Shown piece after piece: positions 1 to 12,821 of a DNA stretch of 64,000 nt. The stretch comes from the human T2T-CHM13v2.0 reference genome, Homo sapiens: the NCBI RefSeq assembly GCF_009914755.1, contig NC_060925.1. One strand, given 5' to 3'. A model generated the notes under the pieces. It did not search any database and was not told the origin of the DNA. It was given only the letters and a program-made list of their open reading frames with translations. The position numbers and the translations under genes were made by a program. Each line of letters opens with the position of its first letter. Position 1 is the first letter of the stretch.

Positions 1-1299
1 CAGCAGGGCAGTCAAATTTTAAAGTTCCAAAATGATCTCCTTTGACTGCATGTCTTGTGTCTGGGTCACGATGGTGCAAGAGGTGGGTTCCCATGGTCTT
101 GGGCAGCTCCGCCCCTTTGGCTTTGTAGGGTACAGCCTCCCTCTTTGCTACTTTCACAGGCTGTTGTTGAGTGTCTGTGGCTTTTCCAGGTGCACTGTGC
201 AAACTGTCAGTGGATCTGCCATTCTGGGGTGTGGAGGATGGTGACCCTCTTCTCACAGCTCTACTAGGCAGTGCCCCAGTAGGGACTCTGTGTGGGGCTC
301 TAATCTCACATTTCCCTTCCACACTGCCCTAGCAGAGGTTCTCTGTGAGGGTCCCACCCCTGCAGCAAACTTTTTCCTGGGCATCCAGGCATTTCCATAC
401 ATCTTCTGAAATCTAGGCAGAGGTTCCCATACCTCAATTCTTGACTTCTCTGCACCTGCAGGCTCTAGAGTGTGTGAAAGCTGCCAAGGCTTAGGGCTTC
501 CACCCTCTGAAGCAACAGCCTGAGCTATACCTTGGTCCCTTTTAGTCATGGCTGGAGCAACTGGGACATAGGGCACCAAGTCCCTGGGCTGCACACTGCA
601 CGGGAACCCTGGGCCCAGCCCACGAAACCATTTTTTCCTTTTAGGCCTCTGGGCCTGTGATGGAAGAGGCTAGCATGAAGACCTCTGACAAGCCCTAGAG
701 ACATTTTCCCCATTGTCTTGGGGACTAACATTCGGCTCCTCGTTATTTATGCAAATTTCTGCAGCAGGCTTGAATTTCTCCTCAGAAAATGGGATTTTCT
801 TTTCAATTGCATTGCAAATTTTCCAAACTTTTATGCTGTTTCCCTTTTGAAACTGAATGCCTTTAGCAGCACCCAAGTCACATCTTGAATGTTTTACTGC
901 TTAGAAATTTCTTCTGCCAGATAACCTAAATCATCTTTCTCAAGCTTGAAGTTCCACAGATCTCTAGGGCAGGGGCAAAATGCCACCTTTTTGCTAAATG
1001 TGGCAAGATGCCACTCTTTGCTAAAACTTAACAAGAGTCACCTTTATTCCAATTCCCAACAAGTTTCTCATCTCCATCTGAGACCACCTCAACCTGGACC
1101 TTATTGTTCATATCATTAAGCATTTTTTGTCAAAGCCATTCAGCAAGTCTCTAGGAAGTTCCAAACTTTTGCACGTTTTCCTGTCTTCTTCTGAGCCCTC
1201 CAAACTGTTCCAGCCTCTGCCTGTTACCCAGTTCCAAAGTCACTTCCACATTTTTGGGTATCTTTTCAGCAATGCCCTACTCTACTGGTACCAATTTAC
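1..1299 (-). mobile_element. THE1-int (MaLR internal region), truncated by window start
   Basis: Minus strand begins GTAAATTGGTACCAGTAGAG directly after the LTR; ORF 670..876 gives EEKFKPAAEICINNEEPNV...QDNGENVSRACQR, typical of the THE1 internal ORF remnant. Confidence 0.92.
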
Positions 1300-1665
1300 T
1301 GTATTAGTCTGTTTTCACACTGCTGATAAAAGACATACCCAAGACTGGGCAATTTACGAAAGAAAGAGGTTTAATTGGACTCACAGTTCCATGTGGCTGG
1401 GGAGGCCTCACAATCATGGTGGAAGGCAAGGAGGAGCAAGTCACATCTTACATGGATGGTGGCAGGCAAAGAGAGCTTGTGCAGGGAAACTCCCCCTTAT
1501 AATCCCGTCAGATCCCCTGAGACTTATTCGCTATTATAAGAACAGCATGAGAAAGACCCGTCCCGCTAATTCAGTCTTCTCCCACTGGGTCCCTCCCACA
1601 ACACATGGGAATTATGGGAGCTACAAGATGAGATTTGGGTGGGGACACAGAGCCAAACCATATCA
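1300..1665 (-). mobile_element. THE1 LTR (5' LTR of the provirus)
   Basis: Reverse complement runs TGATATGGTTTGGCTCTGTGTCCCCACCCAAATCTC...GACTAATACA, with TG...CA termini. Confidence 0.95.
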
Positions 1666-2027
1666 GTGGGGCTGACCCAGGATGGCCAACTTCTGATTTG
1701 ACCAAATGAGGCCATTAAAAGCCAGTTGTCAGCTACTGTATCATCATTTCATAAAATGAAATAAAGGAAAGAATATTTTGACACCAACAATATAAGAAGG
1801 CCATCATTTCAAGATACAAAATATTTCTTCAGTTGATTATAATTGGTTTTATGAAGGATTTGCTCCACTATACCTGTTTTTTTAACTCCCCCTTTTTCCT
1901 TATTTCTCTTTTTTTTGCCAAAAACTCACACAATTCTGTTCTGGGTCCCCAGGCCTCTAGTTTCAGATGAGCAAAAGCAGGTGCAGAGGGAAGGGACCTG
2001 GCCAGGGTCCACAGCTAGTGAGATTTA

Positions 2028-2536
2028 TGTATTGTTTCAGTTATTTCTGGCTTCATAACAAATCTCTCCTGACTCAGCAGTGTGAAACAACAGTCATTTA
2101 TTATTATCACCTCTCTTGGTTCTGGGGCTGGCCCAAGCAGCTCTCACTTGGGGTCTCAGTGCTGTTGCAGTCAGATAGTGGCTGGGCTGTCATCTTAAAG
2201 GCTTCTCTGAGTGGGTCTGGGAAGATGCAAGCATTTGGGGACAGAGCAGCCAGGGCTCCTCTGGCATCCCTTTCTCCATGTGGTTTTCAGCATGACGGCT
2301 GCAGGACAGCCACATTTCTCCCCTGGGGCCTCAAATGCATGTCCTGAGAAAAGCCGGTGGATGCTGTGTTGCCTTTCATGAACTGGCCTTGAAAGTCACA
2401 CGGCATCCCTCCTGCCGAGTTCTATTAGTTACAAGTGAGCCATTAAGGCCAGCCTGTATTCAGTGGGAGGAGAATTGGCCTCCACTTCTTGGTGGGAGGA
2501 GTGCCAGAGGATTTGCAGACATGTTTTAAAACCACA
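2028..2536 (-). mobile_element. MLT1 (F/G/H-like) MaLR LTR
   Basis: Ends TTTGCAGACATGTTTTAAAACCACA, the reverse complement of the MLT1F-type 5' end; internal GAAAGTCACACGGCATCCCTCCTGCC is MLT1-like. Confidence 0.7.
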
Positions 2537-3859
2537 GTGTGGATCCAATAGGCTAAGTCCAAAGCGCCCTAGGGAGGGCCAGGTTTTAATTTGGAGCGCT
2601 GGGATCTTGGAACACACCCCCTTCCGTTAAGTGTTCCAGGAATGAGTCTGCTGGAGGATCACTCCGGTGACGGTGGCAAGCTCTGCTTCCTGGTCCCTGC
2701 TTGCACTTGTATGAAGTGATAAATTTCACGAATAAGGTAGATTCCATCAAATAAGTATCAATTAAGCTGTTTTATGATCTAGTTGAGATGATGAATTAAA
2801 GTCGATTTAGATAAATGATCAGTAAAAGAACAGAGACTTCAGGAAGACAGCATAAACTCTCTGAATTGCAGGCACTCACTCTTCATCAGAAAGCAGCCTC
2901 CCACACTTGTGCACTTGTTGAGCGCTTGCTGTGTGCATAGATAGCACTGGCTGGTGCTGTCCGACCAGTGATGGCTGCAGTGGTATGTGGAAGCGAGAGG
3001 GGTCCCAGTTTGCACTCCTGAGTATCTGTGATCCAATTCGGGTCATCCCTGTGCCATCTGTTAGGATCTGAGTGTGGGAAGGGGGAGCACTGATCTCTTT
3101 TCAATCCCCATTCCTGGGTGTGGGCTACCTGCTTTCAGTTTCAGGGAACAGAGATGCCCTCAAGGTTCCTGTTTAGAGGGGTTTATTGTAAGAGTTCTCT
3201 GAAAGATGAGGAAGAGAACTAGACCATCCCAAAGCCACGAGGCCCAGCCCCTGGCTCAGTGCCGGCAGCCCTCCTTGTTGCTTCCAGGGAGGCCTGGCTT
3301 ATTCAAGGTCCACAGGTGTGAAATGGAGGGTGGCGGGGCTGGGGGCTTCTGGTATGCAGGAAGAGGGCAGCCACACTGGTGGTTTCCTGTGGCGGTGAGC
3401 TGGGGGTGTTGGGGTCAGCCTGGGAAGCGGGGAGTCCATGTGAGTGACCAATGTCCTAGATCCTCTCCTTCTTTCATGGATAGTAAGCACCTGTCCTATG
3501 TCAGGCACGCCTCTAGAAACAGGGCAGTGAACAGATAGACACCTTTACCTTCCCATGAGACTGCCAAGAAGGTGATGTCCTCTCTCTGAATCCCCTAGAC
3601 CTGCCAATTTGGTGGATAATTGTTTTCTATCACAGCTCTTGGCAAAAGGAAGGGGAAAAACAATTCCCCAAGGTGTAGAATTCACCAGAGAGAACCCCCA
3701 TTACTCGCCCAAGACCATTAGGCTGGTCTGTGACTTCCAAAATGAAGGGGCTACCTGGTTGTGTCCACAAGAAGAAAATGGAGGCTTACCCAGAGTCAGT
3801 AAGAGACTGTTAGGAACGCAGGCTGAGCCTGGCTGGCCACACGGCATGACTTTGTTCAT

Positions 3860-3985
3860 GTCATGAATATTTATTGAACACCTGCCACATGCCAGGCACT
3901 GTTCCCGGGACTGGGTGTGAATAGTGCACAAGAGGGAAGCCTCCCTGCTGTCTTGGCGCTTACCTTCTAGCTGGGGAGACTGGAA
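3860..3985 (-). mobile_element. L2 3' end fragment
   Basis: ATATTTATTGAACACCTGCCACATGCCAGGCACTGT matches the reverse-complemented L2 tail. Confidence 0.65.
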
Positions 3986-4044
3986 ACATAAAGATGGTGC
4001 AAAGGCCGAGTGGAGAAAAACCAAACTGCCAGGAGGGGCTCAGG

Positions 4045-4114
4045 CTGGGAGGGGATCAGGCCAGCTGGGAGGGGGTCAGGCCAGCTGGGAGGGGGTCAGG
4101 CCAGCTGGGAGGGG
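4045..4114 (+). repeat. 20-bp minisatellite, ~3.5 copies
   Basis: Unit CCAGCTGGGAGGGGGTCAGG at 4061, 4081 and 4101. Confidence 0.9.
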
Positions 4115-4329
4115 CTTGCTGAGCGGACCTTGAGCAGCCTCCTGCAGGGTCCTGGAGTCAGTGGTGCCCACCCCACCCCTGAGCTGGGGCTGAGGGCTCC
4201 ACGACTTTCATCCCCTTGGGGTGCAGGGAGGTGACCAGGGGCGGCCCTCCCTGGCCTGGCTTCTCCCTCTTTCACCCACTGAGTGTCGACTCTGCCTTTC
4301 TGATCTGGGTCCCTGTGAGGAGGAAATAT

Positions 4330-4660
4330 ATATTTAGACTCTTCTGTACTTTCCGTGGTAACAGCCGCTTTATTCCTGGTGAAGAATGAGGAAAATGGGT
4401 CAGCTGTATTTACTAAGAAGCATGTTCCAGCTTCTTTTCCGAGGCTATTTATAAACTTTAAAAAATGCGAGCTAAGTTTTTGCATCTTATTGGAAGCCGG
4501 AGTGCCTATGAATACCCTTTCTATTACTATACCGGGGAATCTAGCACTTCGGAATTGAAATGCGTTGAGTAGGGCAGATAGGAATCTTGCAAATAGTGAT
4601 TTTGATGAACTCTGGCAGCCCACATTTGCCTCTTGGTCTGATTTCTCTGGGAGTTTTTTC
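4330..4660. promoter_or_regulatory. Candidate enhancer (MEF2 site plus E-box)
   Basis: CTATTTATAA (4445-4454) fits YTAWWWWTAR; CAGCTG at 4401; non-repetitive AT-rich block. Confidence 0.3.
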
Positions 4661-6024
4661 ATGTGACATTGGTGTAGCTTTCTTGGATATGGTTGGGGGG
4701 GACTGTGCTGTGGCTACAAACAGCTGACTGGCTATGCTGGCCCTTCACGGCCGGTGTGCTGACAACTTTATCTGGCCTTGGAGCCTTGAGGAGGGGCTGC
4801 TGCCAGTGACTGGGCCCTGCTTTTGACCAGCCTTGCACACTGGGCAGTGGGCAGGGGGCCCAAGGGCAGAAGGGCCTCCTGAGCATGGGGACTTGGAGAA
4901 GCCATTTCTGAACCTGCTCCATCCCTGCCTTGTCTCTAGGGGGAATGGGGCCATGAGGCCTCTAGAAGCTTCGCCTTGGCCCAGGCCTCTTTCCCACATT
5001 TCTTGATGGGCCAAGAGCCGCCAGCAGCCCTCCTGTCTCTCATGCCTCCCCTGCGCGTCATGGGGTTACACGTGTCCTCACACTGTGCCTCGTGCAAAAA
5101 AAGGGTCACTTCTCCCTTTCTCTCTAAGTGGCCTGACCTCGCTTTCGAGGGGGAAAGGCTTGGGGGTCCTACATTTTAGGCCCACTCTGGTGGATTTAAT
5201 CGAATGGCTCAAATTGCCTCTTGAGGTAACCTGTGTTGAGGCTGTGCTCGATCTTTCCAAGTGCCTCCTCTCCTGCTCCCCTCGGCGCCTTGGAGTATGG
5301 GGAGGAGTGCGTCCCTGTAGCCTGGAGGTAGCTGAGGGAGGGGTCTCTGCCCTCCAGCCACTCCTTGGTACCCTCTCTGGTTCCTTCTGCAGAGAGGCTG
5401 GACTATTGAGCCCCAGGAGCAACTAGCCCCGTGGAGACTTTGCTGGGGAATCCTGGCACCCATAAGTGGAGCCCTGGTCCCACTGTTTATTTTCTTGGCT
5501 TTTCAATACCTCTTCCCAAGAGGCATCTCCATTCTGACAGTGTGAGGTCACTGGAGCCTGCAGGCCATAGGGCCCTAAGCTGTCCGCTGGCTGATCCATC
5601 ACCAGGAGGCAGGGTAGTAGGGCAAGAGGATAGGCATGGGGCCTCCTCCCCCTCCCGGCTCCAGCTGTAACCCTGAGGACCTGACTTCCTCTCCTTATGC
5701 CTCCATCTCCTGTGGGTATCATGTCCATAATCTAAGTCACAGCCACCACTACTGCCACTTACTGAGCACTTAACTCTGTCCCAGGCACTGTTCCTCCCTG
5801 TGTCATCTATGAACTGATTAAATCCACAGGGCAAAGAGGGCTGTTAGGAGAATGAAATAAGTTACTCAAAGCCACTTGCTCAGGACAGTGCTTGGTGGTT
5901 GTCACTAATGATCACTCTCATCATGCCTATCTGCCCCACGTTGGGAGGGGATGGGCCAAGTTCTCCCCAGAGCAGAAGTTCCCAAACTTTCTTGCATCTT
6001 GTACTCCAAGTGCCTCAGTGACCT

Positions 6025-6174
6025 ACCTTCCTTTCCTCTCCTCTCCTCTCCTCCCCTCCCCTCCCCTCTCCTCTCCTTTCCTTTCCTCCCTCCCTCCCTT
6101 CCTTCCTTTCTCTTTCTTTCTCTGTCTTCCTTCCTCCCTCCCTCCTCTCTTTTCTTTTCTCTTTCTTTCTTTTC

Positions 6175-6233
<59 letters not shown>

Positions 6234-6487
6234 CTCTCTCTTTTCTTCCTTCCTTCCTTCCTTCTTTCTTTCTCTCTCTCTTTCTTTCCTTCCTTCCTTC
6301 CTTCTTTCTCTCTCTCTCCTTCTCTCTCTCCCTTTCCTTTCCTCTCTCTCTCATTCTTTCTTTCTCCCCTCCCCTCCTCTTCTTCTTTCTTTCTCTTTCA
6401 TTCCCTTCCTTCCCTTTCATTTCCTTCCTTCCTTCCCTCCTTCCCTCCTTCTCTCCTTCCTTCCTTCTCTCTTTTCTTTCTTTCTTT
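6025..6487 (+). repeat. Polypyrimidine tract: (CTTT)n, (CCTT)n, (CT)n
   Basis: ~460 bp of almost pure C/T, including a pure (CTTT)n run around 6177-6230. Confidence 0.97.
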
Positions 6488-6791
6488 CTTTTTTTTTTTT
6501 GAAACAAGATCTGGCTCTGTCACCCAGGCTGGAGTGCATTGGCTCGATTGCAGCTCACTGCAGCCTTGATCTCTTGGGCTCAAATGATCCTCCGACCTCA
6601 ACCTCCAAAGTAGCTGGGACTACATGCACCTGCCACCATGCCCAGCTAACTCTTTAAAATTTTGTAGAGATGAGGTCTTGCTTTGTTGCCCAGGCTGGTC
6701 TCAGACTCCTGGGCTCAAGCAATCCTCCTGCTTTGGTCTCCCAAAGTGCTAGGTCTCCCAAAGTGCTAGTAATGAGCCACTGCACCTGGCC
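6488..6791 (-). mobile_element. AluJ
   Basis: Poly-T followed by Alu reverse complement with J-type CTGCAGCCTTG and CCTGGGCTCAAG; internal 17-bp tandem duplication at 6735-6768. Confidence 0.92.
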
Positions 6792-6800
6792 TCGGTGATT

Positions 6801-7084
6801 ATTTTTTTTTTAATTTTTATTTTTAGAGTGCAGTGGCACAATCATAACTCACTGTAGCCTCAAACTCTAGGGCTCAGGTGATCCTCCTGCCTCAGCCTCC
6901 CGAGTAGCTAGGACCACAGGCATGCACCACCATGCCCAGCTAATATTCATTCATTCATTCATTTATTTTGTAGAGATGGGATTTTGCCATGTTGCTCAGG
7001 CTGATCTTGAACTGGCCTCAAGCAATCGACCACGTCAGCCTCCCAACGCGCTGAGACTGCAGGTGTGAGCCACTGCACCCAGCC
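6801..7084 (-). mobile_element. AluJ
   Basis: Alu reverse complement with (ATTC)n in the linker; ends CACTGCACCCAGCC. Confidence 0.9.
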
Positions 7085-8399
7085 GCCTCAGTGATTCTTT
7101 TTCCTGATGTCCCTAGGCCAAAATAAATATCTAACAGTTCCGTTTATTAAGTAGTTAGATATAAACACCTTAATAAACATTTGTGTCCTAACAATAGCTG
7201 TTTGAAAATATAATGCACATAATTTTAAAAATTCCATTCTTAAATAACCAAATTACGAATGGGATATGTGTGCCTATCAGGCACTGGACAACTGTAAAAT
7301 CCTGGGATCAGATTAGACACCAGTGCCCTCATTTCCTGTTTCATATTGATTTTTGTGAGGTACTCACTTTTTCTTTCAGCAGCCACTGAAACCCCAGCTT
7401 TACCATGGCCTGACATCCTCAGAAGACATGCAGGACAGTCTAATGGTGAAACTGTCCACTGCCTCAAGCTAGTGGGACCAGTGGTGTCCGGCAGATGTTA
7501 AGTATTGCTTGTTTCCCACAAAAATGTAAATATTCCTGCAGGTCTCCTGTGAGTTAGCAGAGGCTCCTCAGGCAGCCTTGGTGCACAGTTTGGGAACCGT
7601 GTTTCTAGTGACTTGTGGCCTTCCCCTAGCTACCCAGGAAACTGGCCAATAGGCCTGAGGCTCTCAGACTCCTACGTACCCATCTGGCAGTTGCAGGAGA
7701 GACGACAAGGATCCAGGTGTCCTGCCTTCTTCCTGCCTCCCTCCTCCCACAATCTCTCAGGACAGGAGGGGCCAGGCTTCACTCTCTCCGCTCCCCTGCA
7801 TCCTGTTCTCCTCCTGCCTGGGGCATCAGCCTCAGGACCCAGCCACCAGCGCTGGAAGGGGCATCTTCTTTGTGGCCGAGGGAGAACTCGGTGATCTGAA
7901 TCCTCTAGGATGTGGATTCAGAAAACCCTCCCTCTCAACAGAGCGCTTTCAAGTCTGTGGCCACGCTGCTGATGCTAACAGAAATCAGTCTTGCCGTTCA
8001 GAGCAGAGAATTCCCTTTGTTGTTTTGGTGCGTACGTGCCCTCTGCCTGAAGTACTGAAATCATTGCTTCAAAGGGCAGGGAGCTCCCCAAACCACTAGA
8101 CTTATAAGACAGGGAGTCTGAAGAGATCAGAGAGAGAATCGGGTGTTCAGTGCCTTTGTGTTCAGCAGGTGCTTACGTCTTAGGGACAGGTCGACTGTAA
8201 ACTCAGGTGTCTTAGGATAGGTGCTTCTGCTGTTCTAGCTCCCACACAGCCCCTCCCCTTTACCTTTATTCCCATCTGCCCTCCCCACCCTAACTCTCCC
8301 CTGGGAAGATGCCTGCCGTTGCCTGTTCCCAGAGAGCCCCTTACTTGCAGTTTCAGAGCCTGCTGCCTCACTCCTCCTCCCTCACTGACTTCTGTCAAT

Positions 8400-8720
8400 T
8401 TGAAGATCTCCCAGCTCATTCTCACCCCAGGACCTTTGCACTTGCCATTCCCCCTACCTGGGGTTCCATTATCAGGCCCGTCCTTGGCTTGCCCCAGCTC
8501 ATTTTCCAGGTCTCACTTTAAATGTTACTCCTTAAACAGCCCAGCCAAGAGCACCCTGTCTAAGGCAGGCCCCCAGCTCCTCTGTTTGCTCCTCATGGCC
8601 CTTTAAATGCAAGCTTCATCATGCAGGCAGAGACCACGTCCATCTGCATCTACCATGTTCACTGTTGTTTACTTAGCACTTAGTCCTGTGCCTGGCCCAT
8701 CGGAGGCACCAGCAAGCGTG
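8400..8720 (+). mobile_element. L2 fragment
   Basis: GGACCTTTGCACTTGCCATTCCC...GTGCCTGGCCCAT resembles the L2 3' region. Confidence 0.55.
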
Positions 8721-8866
8721 TCTGTAGGAGTGGGGCTTCCGCAGGACAGTGCTGCTTTTTATTATTATTTTTTTAAATAGAAGGGACTTAAGGGCCAATG
8801 ACTTTTAATTCTGCTGAGTAAGATGTAGAAAAATTACAGCTACCATATATCATCAACATGTTGTAA

Positions 8867-9548
<682 letters not shown>

Positions 9549-9749
9549 CTTAAAGGACAGTTCTTTAAATGGCATAACTTTAGCACTATTGAAAACCTGC
9601 TGTGTCGTCCCTCTTCTCACCTCTTGGAGGTTGGATGAAAATTCTCCTTCGGTCCATGAGCACCTAGGAGGTGCTGCATTTGCCCTCGGTGGAACTTAGT
9701 AACCCATTCAATGTGGTCTTGACCGTGCTCTCGTGGTATTTGTCCCCTA

Positions 9750-9856
9750 CACCAGGCTGTAAATGCTGTGGCGGGACATGGTGTTTTAGGATGAGCCTTT
9801 GCACCAGGCTGTAAATGCTGTGGCTGGACACTGTGTTTTAGGGTGAGCCTTTGCAC
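9750..9856 (+). repeat. 52-bp tandem duplication
   Basis: CACCAGGCTGTAAATGCTGTGGC...GTGTTTTAGG.TGAGCCTTTG at 9750 and 9802. Confidence 0.92.
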
Positions 9857-11179
9857 ATGCTCTTCCTTCTGCCTCCAGTACCTTGTTGGTCTCTGGGTAC
9901 CTCCAAGTTCTGCCCAGACGCCCTCTCCTGAAGCTTTGCAGGACTGGCCTTGCCTCTCCTCGATCCTTGGTAATCACTGTCGACTCGCCTGCCTGCTGGG
10001 ATCCAAGTCTTCTCTGTTTTGGACCAGGGTGCTGGCGTACCATGTTCCCACCATTGTACACCGTCATATGCTGAAGGATGAAGGATGTTGGCTGGTGGCG
10101 ACTTTGAGTATGTGGCAGAAACAGATAGGCCACCCTCAAGGACTCTACATGGAGCCCACTCTGTCTTTCTGTAACTGATTCTGATTTCTACTTCAGTCTT
10201 TCATTCCACCAGGTTACAGAAACAGAATCACATTTAATTGTGGGTTTTCTCAGCCAACAGAAAGTTCCTCCAGCCTCCTGGGTTTGCGCGCATGTGAGGA
10301 GCTCATGGGGGTTAGGGGTTCGGCCCTCATCACTGCTGTTCCCCAGCTCTCTGTACCCCTGTGCAGGTCTATGCTGTACCCCCCTTTGTCCTAACTGTGG
10401 GGTCTCTGAAGGGAAGGGTGAGATCCTCAGCTGCTTCCACACCCCTCTTGGGGAGCAAGGGACCATTTGGCTGTCCCCTGAACCCTAGCAGCCATCTCTG
10501 GTCTCTGGGGCTCACGGAAAAATGCTCATTGGCTCTGCATGAGGAGTAAGGCTCGGCCCCTGCTCTGGAGCTTGGGCCTCTCTGGAGTCTTAGCCCACTC
10601 TTCACCAGGCGTGGGAAGGAGCATCTGTTTCCTTCTCCTCCCTCAGCCTGGCTCTGGGCAGGGAGTGGCCCTTGCTGGCCTTGGCTCCGCCGCGTCTCCT
10701 CTGCACACATCTGGGCCCTAGCTTTTGAAATTCTAAAGCCACGGCTTTGATTCTTCTGTTCTCTGGTTCCTCATAAGGGCCCTTCCCTGGGGCATAGATG
10801 CCTCGGTCTGGTTAGAATAAAAGGCTACAAGGCATGGGGGCAAAAAGAAACCTCCGTTCATACCCCCAGTGGTTAACCTGCAGCTAGCTGCTCATCTGAG
10901 GGAAGCAAGAGGGTGTGGGCTGGGCACCCCTAGGGAGCTTACTTTTAAAATGTGCCTGTGGGTGTGGGTAAGTAAATGCAGAAGCTATTTAGCATTCTAG
11001 CTTATTTGGGTATTTTTATTTACTTAAAAATCTTAATTTTCAGAGGTAATATGTGTTCGGCGAGGAAAGGAAAAACAGGAAGGTGAATAGAATCAGAGTC
11101 ACTTATCTCAGCACCTGGAGATGCCCTCATTCCATCCTGGCGTGTGTCTCTACAGGTAGCGTAGTAATAAAAGTAGTGG

Positions 11180-11450
11180 TAATTATAGTACTAAATGGAA
11201 CACACACTTACCGAGGGCTTAGGAAGCGCCAGGCATTTTTTTAAAGAATCACGCAGATGATAATTTAGGAGGAGCCTTTGTACATCCTCTTCCTTCTGCT
11301 TCCTTGTTGATCTCTGGGTACCTCCAAGTTCTGCCCAACGAACTAACGACCCTGTGATGTGGATATTACTGTTTTCCTCACTGTACCAATGAGGAAGTTG
11401 AGGCATTAAGCATTCATGGGATTTGCCTACGCTACGTGGCTGGGCTGCCT
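11180..11450 (-). mobile_element. MIR, interrupted by a copied segment
   Basis: ACCAATGAGGAAGTTGAGGCATTAAG core on the right; CTTACCGAGGGCTTAGGAAGCGCCAGGCAT on the left. Confidence 0.55.
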
Positions 11451-12821
11451 CGCTGTGCACACATACCCCCACATGCCTGCAGATGTGCACATTAATGGCC
11501 AAGGTATAGAATCAGGGTTCCTGGTCTAGTTTCTTTTGGGAGAGAAACCATATCTTTGTTCCCTGGGGACTTGGTACCTCATTTGCTGAATGAATGAATG
11601 AGGAGAGGGGGATGCTCTTGAATTTGGATGCAAGCTTTTCTACCATCGGTCACAGGCAAATTACTGTTCCATTTGGCAATTATTATTTTTCTTTCCTGGG
11701 CTTATAACACCTGTACGCACTGGTGCCTCCTTGTGTGACCTCAGGGAACACCATTCACATTGTATTCTTTTCTGAAAACAGCTTTATTGAGGCATAATTG
11801 ACATATAATAAATTACACATATTTAAAATGTACAACTCAGTGAGTTCTGGCATCACCATCGCCAAATCAAGATAATGAACGTACCCATCACCCCAGAAGT
11901 ATCCTTGAGTCCCTTGGTGATTGCTTCCTCCAGGGCCTCCCCCCTCCTCGCCAGGCAACCACCACTCTGCTTTCTGTCAGTCTGTTAGTTAGCATTTCTA
12001 GGGTTTTATATAAATGGAGTCATACAGCATGTTGTCTTTTTTTGGGGTCTGGCTCCTTTCAGCATAATTATTTTGAGATTCATCCATGTTGTGTGTATCA
12101 GTAATTCATTTCTTTTCATTGCTGAGTAGTGTTCTGTTGTATGGATATGAGACAATTTGTCCATGTACCTGTTGATGGACATTTGGGTTATTTCCACTTT
12201 TTACTTTTATAAATAAAGCTGCTGTGAACATTTGTGTGCAAGTCTTTGCATGGACATATGCTTTCTTTTCTCTCGGGTAAATGCCTAGGAGTGGGATGGC
12301 CGGATCATATGGAAACTGACACGTTGCTTTGCAAAGTGACCACGCTGTTTTCTATCCCCACTGCGGGGTATGAGAGTTCCAGTTTCTCTACATCCGCGCC
12401 AACCCTTCCTACGGTCAGTCTTTGTCATTTTAGCCATTCTAACAGGCATGTGGTATATCTCGTCATGGTTTGAATTTGTATTTCTGTAGTAAATAATGAT
12501 GTTGAGCATCTTTACCTGCATTTAGCCATACCCATGTATCTTCTTTAGTAAAGTGTCTATTCAAATCTTTTGTCCTTTAAAAAAGTCGGGCTGTGTTCTT
12601 ATTATTGTTTTGAGAGTTCTTTATATATATTCTAGATAAAGTTCTTTATCAGATATATGCTTTGCAGAGATTTTCTTCCAGTCTGTGATTTGTCTTTTCA
12701 TCCTCTTAACAGTATCTTTTGAAGAACAGAAGTTAATTATGATAATGTCAGTTTTTTTAAATCTTTTTTTTTTCTGTTTTTAGGGATCATGCTCATGGTG
12801 TTGTATCTAAGCAATCATCAT

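Larger units (their letters stand above)
5973..7602 (-). mobile_element. MER119-like hAT-Charlie DNA transposon fossil, interrupted by a CT tract and two Alus
   Basis: Inverted termini CAGAAGTTCCCAAACT (5973) and AGTTTGGGAACCGTG (~7588-7602); ORF 7240..7467 (KSEYLTKINMKQEMRALVSNLIP) resembles a decayed hAT C-terminal dimerisation segment. Confidence 0.75.

Noticed and set aside
4096-4662. 188-aa minus-strand ATG ORF
   Set aside because: No recognisable domain; runs into GC-rich sequence and a minisatellite; compatible with chance
5892-6569. F/L/S-rich and K/E/R-rich ORFs
   Set aside because: Translations of the CT/AG low-complexity tract and Alu
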